DNA of 44,559 nucleotides. Origin: Escherichia phage AAPEc6. A program made the position numbers and the translations under genes. Under the pieces are notes generated by a model. The model was not told where the DNA came from and searched no databases. It was given only the letters and a program-made list of their open reading frames with translations. This document shows, in pieces, positions 17,822 through 27,704 of this stretch. Location: sequence record NC_047769.1. One strand, 5' to 3'. Each line of letters opens with the position of its first letter. Positions within the stretch are counted from its first letter, which is position 1.

Positions 17822-18060
17822 ACAACAATATGGTAACTAAGCCTAAGCACTACGAGTTCTTTGATGGCGTAGAGGCAATCACTATCATTGCCCGCAGTAT
17901 GACCGAGAAGCAATTCGCTGGCTATTGCATGGGTAATGCTTTGAAGTACCGTTTACGTGCAGGTAAGAAGTTCAACACTGAAGAAGACCTGAAGAAAGCA
18001 GATTACTACAAAGAGTTATTCCAGAAGCATCGTCACGAATGTATTGATGAGGATATTTGA
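17782..18060 (+). CDS. Conserved phage protein, DUF3310-like (start uncertain)
   Basis: Pattern KPKHY...GNALKYRLRAGKK...EDLKKADYY recalled as typical of DUF3310; not verified. Confidence 0.45.
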   Translation: MGFQKFKLASDKLDNNMVTKPKHYEFFDGVEAITIIARSMTEKQFAGYCMGNALKYRLRAGKKFNTEEDLKKADYYKELFQKHRHECIDEDI

Positions 18061-18061
18061 T

Positions 18062-19009
18062 ATGAATATCTTTGAGTTCCTAGGTCTTCCAGAAGACCAC
18101 CGCAATCATCCATTCATGCTGGTGAAGCATCGCGGTGAAGTTCCTGAGAAGAAATTAACTTTTCCATGTTATGCACAGGTGAAACGAGATGGTATCTTTT
18201 CTGCTGTTGTTGTTCGCACTGATGGTGTCGTTGGCATTTTTGGTCGCACTGGTAAGAAATTGGCAAACACTGAAGGACTCGAACAAGCATTTGCTACCTT
18301 TCCGGTTGGCATTTATCTTGGTGAGCTTCAGTCTATGGCCGTTGATATCTACCTTGAGGCGCTCTCTGGGGTTGTGAACCCCAATCGCACTGAGCCACTT
18401 GATTTCATAGGCCAGCAGATTAAAGACAACCTGTATATCGACTTCTTCGATATGTTAACTATTAAGGCATTCCATGATGGATTCACTGCTGTTTCTTATC
18501 TCAAACGTTACGATGCTTTACATCGTCGTATCGGCGCTCATCTTAGCGGGTGCAACGCTATCCTTCCTATCACTCCTTGCCATAATGAGCGAGAAGTTGA
18601 AGCGTTTGCGCAAGAACAAATAGATGCAGGCCGGGAAGGTGCTGTGTTTAAACTGGACTGTGACTATGAAGCAGGCCATAAAGGTTATCGTCAGACTAAA
18701 GAAGTACGTAAGGTAACTTATGACCTTACTTGTATTGGCTTTGAAGAAGGTAAAGGCAAGTACAAAGGTAAGGTAGCTAACCTCATTTTCAAATGGAAAG
18801 GAGGCAAGACAATCAAAGCTATGTTAGGCAAAGGGTGGACTCATGCAGATGCAGAACAGATGTTCCACGATATTAAACATGGCGGACGATTGAATGTCAT
18901 TGGTAAAATCTTTGAAGTCAAAGGTCTTCAGGATTCAAGCAAGGGCAACATTCGTCTGCCCAAAGCGGGAGAATTAAGACATGACAAAGATGAACCAGAT
19001 TTCTTTTGA
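18062..19009 (+). CDS. ATP-dependent DNA ligase (T7 gp1.3-like)
   Basis: Adenylation motif I KRDG (AQVKRDGIF); ORF track 18044 (TTG); ATG at 18062 after GAGGA. Confidence 0.85.
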   Translation: MNIFEFLGLPEDHRNHPFMLVKHRGEVPEKKLTFPCYAQVKRDGIFSAVVVRTDGVVGIFGRTGKKLANTEGLEQAFATFPVGIYLGELQSMAVDIYLEALSGVVNPNRTEPLDFIGQQIKDNLYIDFFDMLTIKAFHDGFTAVSYLKRYDALHRRIGAHLSGCNAILPITPCHNEREVEAFAQEQIDAGREGAVFKLDCDYEAGHKGYRQTKEVRKVTYDLTCIGFEEGKGKYKGKVANLIFKWKGGKTIKAMLGKGWTHADAEQMFHDIKHGGRLNVIGKIFEVKGLQDSSKGNIRLPKAGELRHDKDEPDFF

Positions 19010-19196
19010 TAGCATGAAGGCAACTCGTGCCGTTGAGGTAGCAGAAGCTATCTTCGAAACTTTATCCTGTGGCATGGAAGTGCCATATACTTTACTTGCT
19101 GATGCAGAAGAACTTGGTCTTTCTGTAGAAGCTATCCAAGAGAAGGTTGACGAATTATATGGTACAGACGAAGAAGAAACCGACGATTTCATTTGA
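18981..19196 (+). CDS. Small acidic protein (71 aa, C-terminus ...DEEETDDFI)
   Basis: ORF track; GGGAGA RBS. Confidence 0.45.
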   Translation: MTKMNQISFDSMKATRAVEVAEAIFETLSCGMEVPYTLLADAEELGLSVEAIQEKVDELYGTDEEETDDFI

Positions 19197-19325
19197 AGGA
19201 ATGGAGATGCTTGAGATGATTCTCAAGCCTTCTTCTCCGAAGGTGACTAAGACTCATGAAGAGTTAATCGTTGATGAAGTGAAGCGTTACATCATGGATT
19301 GTGTCAGAGCACAACTGGTGGTCCA

Positions 19326-19787
19326 ATGATACGTCCAGCTTCCTTCCTAGATATTCCTGAGATTATAAACCTTGGGAATAAATATGTGGAAGAGGAAGTC
19401 AAGGTAGTGGCCCATCACTCAGCCTCATGGAATGCAGAACAAAGCGCACATAACCTTTGCGCATCTCTTAGTAGAGAAGATTTATTCCTATGGGTTGCTG
19501 TAGATGAAGGGCAGATTGTAGGGTTCCTGTGGGCTGGCTATCACGAGTTGGCCCCTTGGACACCTGTAAGGGTTGCCTCTGACATTCTCTTTTATATTAT
19601 ACCAGAGAAGCGAGGAACCCTACTTGGTATGCGTCTCATCAAAGCCCTAAAGCAATGGGCTAGTGATAATGAATGCTCTGAGGTTCGCCTGTCTATCGCC
19701 TCTGGTATTAATGAAGAACGTGTCGGACGTATGTATAAGCGACTTGGCTTTGAACCGTTTGGCACTGTGTACAACCTGAAGTTCTAA
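19326..19787 (+). CDS. GNAT-family N-acetyltransferase
   Basis: Acetyl-CoA-binding-like segment (QIVGFLWA...RGTLLGMRLIKAL) and overall GNAT pattern; ORF track starts at 19299. Confidence 0.7.
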   Translation: MIRPASFLDIPEIINLGNKYVEEEVKVVAHHSASWNAEQSAHNLCASLSREDLFLWVAVDEGQIVGFLWAGYHELAPWTPVRVASDILFYIIPEKRGTLLGMRLIKALKQWASDNECSEVRLSIASGINEERVGRMYKRLGFEPFGTVYNLKF

Positions 19788-19796
19788 GGAGATAAC

Positions 19797-20006
19797 ATGG
19801 GTGTTGTAAAGAAAGCATTTAAGGCTATCGGTCTTGCTCAAGATGCACCACGTATTGAAGCGAAAGTGCCAGCACAGCAGCTTGAGCGTAAGCCCGAGAC
19901 TGAAGCTGAAGATATTCAGATTGGTGCAGGGGGTGATGATGCTACTGCATCTGCAAAAGGCAAGCGTGGCCTTGTCCGTCCGGTAGCTTCTAGCCTGAAG
20001 GTGTGA
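19797..20006 (+). CDS. Small protein just upstream of portal (69 aa), possibly virion-associated
   Basis: ORF track; GGAGA RBS; position analogous to T7 gene 7.3. Confidence 0.45.
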   Translation: MGVVKKAFKAIGLAQDAPRIEAKVPAQQLERKPETEAEDIQIGAGGDDATASAKGKRGLVRPVASSLKV

Positions 20007-20007
20007 T

Positions 20008-21558
20008 ATGAAACAGAGCACAGATTTGGAGTATGGAGGTAAGCGATCTAAGATACCTAAGCTATGGGAGAGATTCTCCACTAAACGTAGCTCTTTCCTT
20101 GATAGGGCGAAGCATTACTCCAAATTAACCTTGCCCTATCTGATGAATGACAAAGGTGATAACGAGACTTCGCAGAATGGATGGCAAGGTGTAGGTGCTC
20201 AGGCAACTAATCATCTAGCCAACAAGCTAGCGCAAGTACTATTCCCTGCACAGCGTTCCTTCTTCCGTGTAGACTTAACTGCACAAGGTGAGAAGGTTCT
20301 TAATCAGCGTGGCCTGAAGAAGACAGAGCTAGCTACCATCTTCGCTCAAGTGGAAACACGGGCAATGAAAGAGTTAGAGCAACGTCAATTCAGGCCTGCT
20401 GTAGTAGAAGCATTTAAGCATCTTATTGTTGCTGGCAGCTGTATGCTATACAAGCCGAGCAAAGGTGCAATCAGTGCTATCCCAATGCATCACTACGTAG
20501 TTAACCGTGATACCAATGGCGACCTGTTAGACATTATCTTGCTACAAGAGAAAGCCTTACGTACCTTTGACCCAGCTACACGTGCTGTAGTGGAGGTTGG
20601 CCTGAAAGGTAAGAAGTGCAAGGAAGATGACAGCGTTAAGCTGTACACACATGCTAAGTATCTTGGTGATGGATTTTGGGAACTCAAGCAATCTGCTGAT
20701 GATATCCCTGTGGGTAAGGTGAGTAAAATCAAATCAGAAAAGCTACCTTTCATCCCATTAACTTGGAAGCGAAGCTATGGTGAGGATTGGGGTCGCCCTC
20801 TTGCAGAGGATTACTCCGGTGATTTATTCGTTATCCAATTCTTATCTGAAGCGGTTGCCCGTGGTGCTGCGCTGATGGCAGATATCAAGTACCTGATTCG
20901 TCCGGGTGCTCAAACTGATGTTGACCACTTTGTTAACTCTGGCACTGGTGAGGTTGTCACTGGTGTAGAAGAAGACATCCATATTGTACAGTTAGGTAAA
21001 TACGCAGACCTCACACCTATTAGCGCGGTTCTAGAGGTATACACTCGCCGTATCGGTGTTGTCTTCATGATGGAGACAATGACACGCCGTGACGCCGAAC
21101 GTGTTACTGCTGTAGAAATCCAGCGAGATGCGTTAGAGATTGAGCAGAACATGGGTGGTGTATACTCCCTCTTTGCTACTACTATGCAATCGCCAGTAGC
21201 GATGTGGGGTCTGCTGGAGGCAGGGGAGTCCTTCACTAGTGACTTAGTGGACCCTGTGATTATCACAGGTATTGAAGCTTTAGGACGCATGGCTGAGTTG
21301 GATAAACTGGCTAACTTTGCTCAGTATATGTCACTGCCATTACAATGGCCTGAGCCTGTCCTAGCTGCTGTGAAATGGCCTGACTATATGGATTGGGTGC
21401 GTGGTCAAATCTCTGCTGAACTGCCGTTCCTTAAATCGGCTGAAGAGATGGCACAAGAACAGGAAGCACAGATGCAAGCACAGCAAGCACAGATGCTTGA
21501 AGAAGGTGTGGCTAAGGCCGTGCCGGGTGTAATTCAACAAGAACTTAAGGAGGCGTAA
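20008..21558 (+). CDS. Portal (head-to-tail connector) protein
   Basis: 516 aa; WQGVGAQATNHLANKLAQVLFP resembles the T7 gp8 segment WQAVGARGLNNLASKLMLALFP as remembered. Confidence 0.92.
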   Translation: MKQSTDLEYGGKRSKIPKLWERFSTKRSSFLDRAKHYSKLTLPYLMNDKGDNETSQNGWQGVGAQATNHLANKLAQVLFPAQRSFFRVDLTAQGEKVLNQRGLKKTELATIFAQVETRAMKELEQRQFRPAVVEAFKHLIVAGSCMLYKPSKGAISAIPMHHYVVNRDTNGDLLDIILLQEKALRTFDPATRAVVEVGLKGKKCKEDDSVKLYTHAKYLGDGFWELKQSADDIPVGKVSKIKSEKLPFIPLTWKRSYGEDWGRPLAEDYSGDLFVIQFLSEAVARGAALMADIKYLIRPGAQTDVDHFVNSGTGEVVTGVEEDIHIVQLGKYADLTPISAVLEVYTRRIGVVFMMETMTRRDAERVTAVEIQRDALEIEQNMGGVYSLFATTMQSPVAMWGLLEAGESFTSDLVDPVIITGIEALGRMAELDKLANFAQYMSLPLQWPEPVLAAVKWPDYMDWVRGQISAELPFLKSAEEMAQEQEAQMQAQQAQMLEEGVAKAVPGVIQQELKEA

Positions 21559-22478
21559 TGTCTTTCTCATTTACTGAACCGTCAACCACTCACCCTACTG
21601 CTGAAGAGGGTCCGGTAGAAACCAAGGAGGTAACAACTGATGCTGCTACTACTGATGCTCCTGCTGACGCTGGCACTGCTGTACAAGATGACAATGCTGG
21701 TGCACAACCTACTGAAGACACCGGAGGAGAAGCTTCTGGACAACCTTCAGAAGAAGGAGACAATGGCGGAGAGAATGGTGAACCTAAGCCAGATGATACC
21801 GCGACCGACACTGAGGAAGTGCAATACTTCTTCGGAGAATATGAAGTAACAGTAGATATACCACAGGATGTTACTGATAGCCTTAAAGAGAAAGGTATTG
21901 ATGCTAAGCAGGTTGCCAAGGAACTCTATGCCAAAGATGGCAAGTTTGAATTGTCCGATGCAACCAAGCAGAAGCTGTATGATGCCTTTGGTAAGTTTGC
22001 AGTAGACGCCTACTTGTCTGGCCTGAAAGCGCAGAATGAAGCCTTCTTCCTGAAGGAAGCCAATGCTGCAAAGGAACTTGAAGCAGCTAACACTCAGCGC
22101 TTCTCTGATGTTTCTAAGGAAGTTGGTGGCGAAGAAGGTTGGTCCCGTCTTGAGGCGTGGGCGCTGGAAGCGCTGTCCGATGACGAACTCACGGCATTCA
22201 ATGCGGTGATGGAGTCTGGCAACCAATACCTCCAGCAATATGCTGTGCGTGAACTAGAAAGCCGCCGTAAAGCTGCACAGGGTGATGACAAGCCAAACTT
22301 GATTGAGCCATCTGCACCTGCTGCCGCATCTGAGGATAATGGACCCCTGTCTCGCGAGCAGTATCTCCGTGAGATGATGACGCTGGGTTCCCGCTTCGGT
22401 ACAGACAAGAAAGCTGCTGCTGAGTATCAGGCTAAGCTGGATGCTCGCCGCCGTGCGGGTATGGCTCGCGGACTTTAA
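21558..22478 (+). CDS. Capsid assembly scaffolding protein
   Basis: 306 aa, highly acidic and helical, between portal and capsid; AAGGAGG RBS. Confidence 0.8.
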   Translation: MSFSFTEPSTTHPTAEEGPVETKEVTTDAATTDAPADAGTAVQDDNAGAQPTEDTGGEASGQPSEEGDNGGENGEPKPDDTATDTEEVQYFFGEYEVTVDIPQDVTDSLKEKGIDAKQVAKELYAKDGKFELSDATKQKLYDAFGKFAVDAYLSGLKAQNEAFFLKEANAAKELEAANTQRFSDVSKEVGGEEGWSRLEAWALEALSDDELTAFNAVMESGNQYLQQYAVRELESRRKAAQGDDKPNLIEPSAPAAASEDNGPLSREQYLREMMTLGSRFGTDKKAAAEYQAKLDARRRAGMARGL

Positions 22479-22483
22479 TCAGT

Positions 22484-22508
22484 ATTTACTGGACACTATA
22501 GAAGGGAG
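22484..22508 (+). promoter_or_regulatory. Phage promoter (ATTTACTGGACACTATAGAAGGGAG) driving the capsid gene
   Basis: Exact consensus; transcript 5' end predicted to form a GGGAGA/TCTCCC stem-loop (22504-22519). Confidence 0.85.
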
Positions 22509-22554
22509 AAATGTCTCCCTAAATTATCAATTTGATTTATAAGGAGGTTTATTA

Positions 22555-23763
22555 ATGTCTACGCCGAATAACCTGACCAACGTTGCAGTTTCCGCTTCCG
22601 GTGAGGTAGACAGCCTTCTCATTGAGAAATTCAATGGTAAGGTAAATGAGCAGTACCTGAAAGGTGAGAATATCATGTCTTACTTCGATGTTCAGACTGT
22701 AACTGGTACTAACACTGTAAGCAACAAGTACTTGGGTGAAACCGAGTTGCAGGTTCTAGCACCGGGCCAGTCTCCGGCTGCAACCTCTACTCAGGCCGAT
22801 AAAAACCAGCTGGTGATTGATGCCACTGTTATCGCGCGTAACACCGTTGCTCACCTGCACGACGTACAGGGTGACATTGATAGCCTGAAGCCGAAGCTGG
22901 CTACTAACCAAGCTAAGCAGCTGAAGAAGATGGAAGATGAAATGCTTATTCAGCAGATACTGCTGGGCGGTATTGCCAACACTAAGGCCAAGCGCACAAA
23001 TCCTCGTGTGAAAGGTCATGGCTTCTCTGTAAACGTAGAGGTCAATGAAGGAGAAGCACTGGTTAACCCACAGTATGTAATGGCAGCTGTAGAGTTTGCT
23101 CTGGAGCAGCAGCTTGAGCAGGAAGTTGATATCTCTGATGTAGCTATTCTGATGCCATGGCGTTACTTCAACGTACTGCGTGACGCAGACCGTATTGTTG
23201 ATAAGAGCTACACCATCAGCCAGTCTGGTGCTACTATTCAAGGGTTCGTATTGTCTTCCTACAACTGCCCGGTCATCCCGTCTAACCGCTTCCCGAAATA
23301 CTCTCAGGGCCAGAAGCATCACCTGTTGTCTAATGAAGATAACGGTTATCGCTATGACCCGATTGCAGAAATGAATGGTGCTATTGCTGTACTGTTCACC
23401 TCCGACGCACTGCTGGTCGGTCGCTCTATCGATGTAACTGGTGATATCTTCTATGAGAAGAAAGAGAAGACCTACTACATTGATACCTTTATGTCTGAAG
23501 GTGCAATCCCTGACCGCTGGGAGGCTGTGTCTGTAGTCACTACCAAGCGTGAAACTGATGGTACGCCTACCTCTACTGCAACTCAGGCTGCACAGCACAC
23601 TCAGGTTCTGAACCGTGCACAGCGCAAAGCTGTCTACGTTAAGAATGCTGCCCCTGCAGGTGCTTTCGCTGCTGCTAGCTTGCCTGCTGAAGACTTGGTT
23701 GCTGCTGTACGTGCAGTGATGGCTAATGACATTAAGCCGACTGCAATGAAACCTACTGAGTAA
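22555..23763 (+). CDS. Major capsid protein
   Basis: 402 aa; strong promoter and AAGGAGG RBS upstream, terminator downstream; position between scaffold and tail tubular genes. Confidence 0.9.
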   Translation: MSTPNNLTNVAVSASGEVDSLLIEKFNGKVNEQYLKGENIMSYFDVQTVTGTNTVSNKYLGETELQVLAPGQSPAATSTQADKNQLVIDATVIARNTVAHLHDVQGDIDSLKPKLATNQAKQLKKMEDEMLIQQILLGGIANTKAKRTNPRVKGHGFSVNVEVNEGEALVNPQYVMAAVEFALEQQLEQEVDISDVAILMPWRYFNVLRDADRIVDKSYTISQSGATIQGFVLSSYNCPVIPSNRFPKYSQGQKHHLLSNEDNGYRYDPIAEMNGAIAVLFTSDALLVGRSIDVTGDIFYEKKEKTYYIDTFMSEGAIPDRWEAVSVVTTKRETDGTPTSTATQAAQHTQVLNRAQRKAVYVKNAAPAGAFAAASLPAEDLVAAVRAVMANDIKPTAMKPTE

Positions 23764-23770
23764 TACCTAT

Positions 23771-23806
23771 GCCCTATCTACCTTGCGTAGGTAGGGTTCT
23801 TTTTTG
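23771..23806 (+). terminator. Hairpin plus T-run terminator after the capsid gene (T7 T-phi analog)
   Basis: CCCTATCTA ... TAGGTAGGG stem followed by TTCTTTTTTG. Confidence 0.7.
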
Positions 23807-23818
23807 TTAGGAGGATTC

Positions 23819-24556
23819 ATGCCTGTAATTAGACAAACCAGTAAAGTAGGACATATGATGGAAGATGTGGCCTTCCAGATTATTGATAGTAAGCTGGAAG
23901 CGGTAAACTTGTGTATGCGAGCTATTGGTCGTGAGGGTGTGGATTCTCTCGACTCAGGGGACTTGGACGCAGAAGATGCAAGCAAGATGATCGACATCGT
24001 ATCCCAGCGGTTCCAGTACAACAAAGGAGGTGGCTGGTGGTTCAATCGTGAACCAAACTGGCAGATTGCACCTGATACCAATGGTGAAGTCAATTTACCT
24101 AACAACTGCCTAGCAGTATTGCAGTGTTATGCTTTAGGTGAAAAGAAAGTACCTATGACTATGCGAGCAGGTAAGCTCTACTCTACTTGGAGTCACACCT
24201 TTGATATGCGTAAGCATGTTAATGCTAATGGTATGATTCGTCTTACCTTACTCACCTTACTACCCTACGAGCATTTACCTACAAGTGTAATGCAGGCTAT
24301 TGCCTATCAAGCTGCTGTAGAGTTTATTGTGTCTAAGGATGCAGATCAGACTAAGCTAGCCACTGCGCAGCAGATAGCCACTCAGCTTCTTATGGATGTA
24401 CAATCTGAGCAAATGTCACAGAAGCGATTAAACATGCTGGTACATAACCCCACTCAGCGTCAGTTTGGTATCATGGCAGGTGGTTCTCAGAATGTACCTG
24501 CTTACTCTCATTCACCATATGACAGTTGGGCACTTCGTCCGTGGGAGGATCGTTAA
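23819..24556 (+). CDS. Tail tubular protein A (gp11-like)
   Basis: ATG at 23819 after GGAGGA (ORF track TTG at 23804); position. Confidence 0.8.
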   Translation: MPVIRQTSKVGHMMEDVAFQIIDSKLEAVNLCMRAIGREGVDSLDSGDLDAEDASKMIDIVSQRFQYNKGGGWWFNREPNWQIAPDTNGEVNLPNNCLAVLQCYALGEKKVPMTMRAGKLYSTWSHTFDMRKHVNANGMIRLTLLTLLPYEHLPTSVMQAIAYQAAVEFIVSKDADQTKLATAQQIATQLLMDVQSEQMSQKRLNMLVHNPTQRQFGIMAGGSQNVPAYSHSPYDSWALRPWEDR

Positions 24557-26958
24557 TGGAAGTACAAGGTTCATTAGGGAGGCAAATCCAAGGGATTAGC
24601 CAGCAACCTCCAGCGGTACGTCTTGATGGTCAATGTACGACTATGGTGAACATGGTCCCTGATGTAGTGAATGGAACTCAATCCCGCATGGGTACAACTC
24701 ATATTGCAAAGATACTTGATGCGGGGACTGATGACATGGCTACTCATCATTATCGCAGAGGTGATGGTGATGAAGAGTATTTCTTCACGTTGAAGAAAGG
24801 ACAAGTTCCTGAGATATTCGATAAGTATGGGCGCAAATGTAATGTGACTTCACAAGATGCACCTATGGCTTACTTGGCTGAGGTGATAAACCCAAGAGAA
24901 GATGTGCAATTTATGACGATAGCTGATGTTACTTTCATGCTTAACCGCAGGAAGGTAGTTAAAGCCAGTAACAGAAAGTCACCCAAAGTTGGAAACAAAG
25001 CCATTGTGTTTTGTGCATATGGTCAATACGGTACATCTTATTCCATTGTAATTAATGGGGCCAACGCTGCTAGTTTTAAAACACCGGATGGTGGAAGTGC
25101 AGACCATGTTGAACAAATTCGAACTGAACGTATCACTTCTGAATTGTTCTCTAAGTTGCAGCAATGGAGCGGTGTGAGTGACTATGAAATACAAAGAGAC
25201 GGTACTAGTATATTTATCGAGAGACGGGATGGTGCTAGCTTTACAATAACAACCACCGATGGTGCAAAAGGTAAGGATCTGGTGGCTATCAAGAATAGGG
25301 TCAGTTCTACTGACCTTCTTCCTTCTCGTGCCCCTGAAGGGTATAAAGTACAAGTGTGGCCTACTGGAAGTAAACCAGAGTCCCGTTATTGGTTACAAGC
25401 GGAACCTAAAGAGGGAAACCTTGTATCTTGGCAAGAAACAGTAGCTGCTGATGTATTACTTGGATTTGATAAAGGTACAATGCCTTACATCATTGAACGT
25501 ACAGGCATCATTGACGGCATAGCTCAATTTAAGATTAGGCAAGGCGATTGGGAAGACCGCAAGGTAGGGGATGACTTGACTAACCCCATGCCATCCTTTA
25601 TTGATGAAGAAGTTCCTCAGACAATTGGTGGAATGTTCATGGTGCAGAACCGTTTATGCTTTACAGCAGGTGAAGCTGTCATTGCATCACGCACTTCCTA
25701 CTTCTTTGATTTCTTCCGTTACACTGTTATCTCAGCTTTGGCTACCGACCCATTCGATATCTTCTCAGATGCGAGTGAAGTTTACCAGTTGAAACATGCA
25801 GTGACTTTAGATGGTGCTACTGTACTGTTCTCTGATAAATCTCAATTTATCTTACCGGGAGATAAGCCGCTGGAGAAGGCTAATGCCCTACTTAAGCCTG
25901 TAACCACTTTTGAAGTGAACAACAAAGTTAAGCCAGTTGCCACTGGCGAGTCTGTGATGTTCGCTACAAACGATGGTGCATATTCTGGTGTACGAGAGTT
26001 TTATACAGATTCTTATAGTGACACTAAAAAGGCTCAGGCAATCACGAGCCATGTGAATAAGCTAATCGAAGGTAATATTATAGGCATGGAAGCTAGCACC
26101 AATGTTAACCGCTTGCTTGTCACTACAGATAAGTACCGCAACATAATCTACTGCTATGATTGGTTATGGCAAGGAACAGACCGTGTACAATCTGCATGGC
26201 ATGTATGGGAGTGGCCTTTGGACACAAAGGTACGAGGTATGTTTTATTCTGGCGAATTACTTTACCTGCTCCTTGAGAGAGGCAATGGTGTCTATCTGGA
26301 GAAGATGGATATGGGTGATGCATTAACCTATGGTTTAAATGATCGCATCCGAATGGACAGACAGGCAGAGTTAATCTTCCAGCATTTCAAAGCAGAAGAT
26401 GAATGGGTATCTGAACCGCTCCCTTGGGTTCCTACTAACCCAGAACTTTTAGATTGCATCTTAATCGAGGGTTGGGATTCATACATTGGCGGCTCTTTCT
26501 TATTCAAGTACAACCCTAGTGACAATACTTTGTCTACAACCTTTGATATGTATGATGACAGCCATGTAAAAGCGAAGGTAATTGTTGGTCAGATTTACCA
26601 TCAAGAGTTTGAACCTACGCCTGTGGTTATCAGAGATAATCAAGACCGCGTATCATATATTGATGTACCAGTTGTTGGTTTGGTTCATCTTAACCTTGAT
26701 ATGTACCCTGATTTCTCCGTAGAAGTTAAGAATGTGAAGAGCGGTAAGGTGCGTAGAGTGTTAGCGTCAAACCGTATAGGTGGTGCTCTCAACAATACAG
26801 TAGGTTATGTTGAACCGAGAGAAGGTGTCTTCAGATTTCCACTGAGAGCTAAGAGCACGGATGTTGTTTATCGTATCATTGTAGAGTCACCTCACACATT
26901 CCAGCTTCGTGATATTGAGTGGGAAGGTAGCTACAATCCAACAAGAAGGAGGGTCTAA
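24556..26958 (+). CDS. Tail tubular protein B (gp12-like)
   Basis: 800 aa; TAATG overlap with the upstream gene; position and size. Confidence 0.85.
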   Translation: MEVQGSLGRQIQGISQQPPAVRLDGQCTTMVNMVPDVVNGTQSRMGTTHIAKILDAGTDDMATHHYRRGDGDEEYFFTLKKGQVPEIFDKYGRKCNVTSQDAPMAYLAEVINPREDVQFMTIADVTFMLNRRKVVKASNRKSPKVGNKAIVFCAYGQYGTSYSIVINGANAASFKTPDGGSADHVEQIRTERITSELFSKLQQWSGVSDYEIQRDGTSIFIERRDGASFTITTTDGAKGKDLVAIKNRVSSTDLLPSRAPEGYKVQVWPTGSKPESRYWLQAEPKEGNLVSWQETVAADVLLGFDKGTMPYIIERTGIIDGIAQFKIRQGDWEDRKVGDDLTNPMPSFIDEEVPQTIGGMFMVQNRLCFTAGEAVIASRTSYFFDFFRYTVISALATDPFDIFSDASEVYQLKHAVTLDGATVLFSDKSQFILPGDKPLEKANALLKPVTTFEVNNKVKPVATGESVMFATNDGAYSGVREFYTDSYSDTKKAQAITSHVNKLIEGNIIGMEASTNVNRLLVTTDKYRNIIYCYDWLWQGTDRVQSAWHVWEWPLDTKVRGMFYSGELLYLLLERGNGVYLEKMDMGDALTYGLNDRIRMDRQAELIFQHFKAEDEWVSEPLPWVPTNPELLDCILIEGWDSYIGGSFLFKYNPSDNTLSTTFDMYDDSHVKAKVIVGQIYHQEFEPTPVVIRDNQDRVSYIDVPVVGLVHLNLDMYPDFSVEVKNVKSGKVRRVLASNRIGGALNNTVGYVEPREGVFRFPLRAKSTDVVYRIIVESPHTFQLRDIEWEGSYNPTRRRV

Positions 26959-27704
26959 TGGCTATAGGTTCAGCTGTTATGGCTGGTATGTCTTCTATTG
27001 GTAGTATGTTTGCAGGCAGCGGTGCAGCAGCCGCTGCTGGTGGTACTGCCGCAGCAGCAGGAGGGACAGCCGCCGCAGGTGGCGGAGGTTTGCTTGGCTC
27101 ACTTGGTAGTTTCTTAGGAGGTTCTTCTGCTGGCTTCTCTAATGCAGGACTGCTTAGTGCAGGTATGCAAGGTCTTGGTCTTCTAGGCAATCTTTTTGGT
27201 GGAAGTGATGAAGCCAAAGCTATGAAGAAAGCTCAAGAGGAGCAATGGCGGCAGCAGTTAATTGCTACACAAGAAGCATACAAAACAGTAGCAGATGCAG
27301 AACGCTCTGCTGCTAAACAGTATCATGCAGATGCAATCAGTAATCAGGCTTCACTGCTACAGCAAAGAGCACAGGTTGCATTACTTGCTGGTGCTACTGG
27401 TACTGGTGGTAACTCTGTGTCTTCTATGCTGAATGACTTAGCAGCAGAAGGCGGAAGGAACCAGAGTACAATTATCGATAACTATGAGAATCAGAAGATT
27501 AATTTCACCAACCAGCTTAAGTCCATCCAACGGGGTGGTCAGATGCAGATGCGTGAGTTTAAGAAACCTTCTGCCGTGAGCACCTTGGTGCAAGGTATCC
27601 CGAGTCTGGCATCTGCCTATGTAACAGGTAGTAAGTCCGGCATGGCTTTAGGTAAAGCTTTAACTGATTCTCGTACATATTCATCTGGAACAAGAGGTAT
27701 TTAA
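26958..27704 (+). CDS. Internal virion protein (Gly/Ala-rich N-terminus)
   Basis: ORF track; AAGGAGG RBS; position after the tail tubular genes. Confidence 0.65.
   Translation: MAIGSAVMAGMSSIGSMFAGSGAAAAAGGTAAAAGGTAAAGGGGLLGSLGSFLGGSSAGFSNAGLLSAGMQGLGLLGNLFGGSDEAKAMKKAQEEQWRQQLIATQEAYKTVADAERSAAKQYHADAISNQASLLQQRAQVALLAGATGTGGNSVSSMLNDLAAEGGRNQSTIIDNYENQKINFTNQLKSIQRGGQMQMREFKKPSAVSTLVQGIPSLASAYVTGSKSGMALGKALTDSRTYSSGTRGI

Noticed and set aside
22756-23598. 280-aa minus-strand ORF within the major capsid gene
   Set aside because: Antisense to the strongly supported capsid CDS; shadow ORF.
23740-23763. Programmed -1 frameshift at the 3' end of the capsid gene (as in T7 gene 10A/10B)
   Set aside because: No slippery heptamer seen near the capsid stop, and the terminator hairpin begins almost immediately after it.
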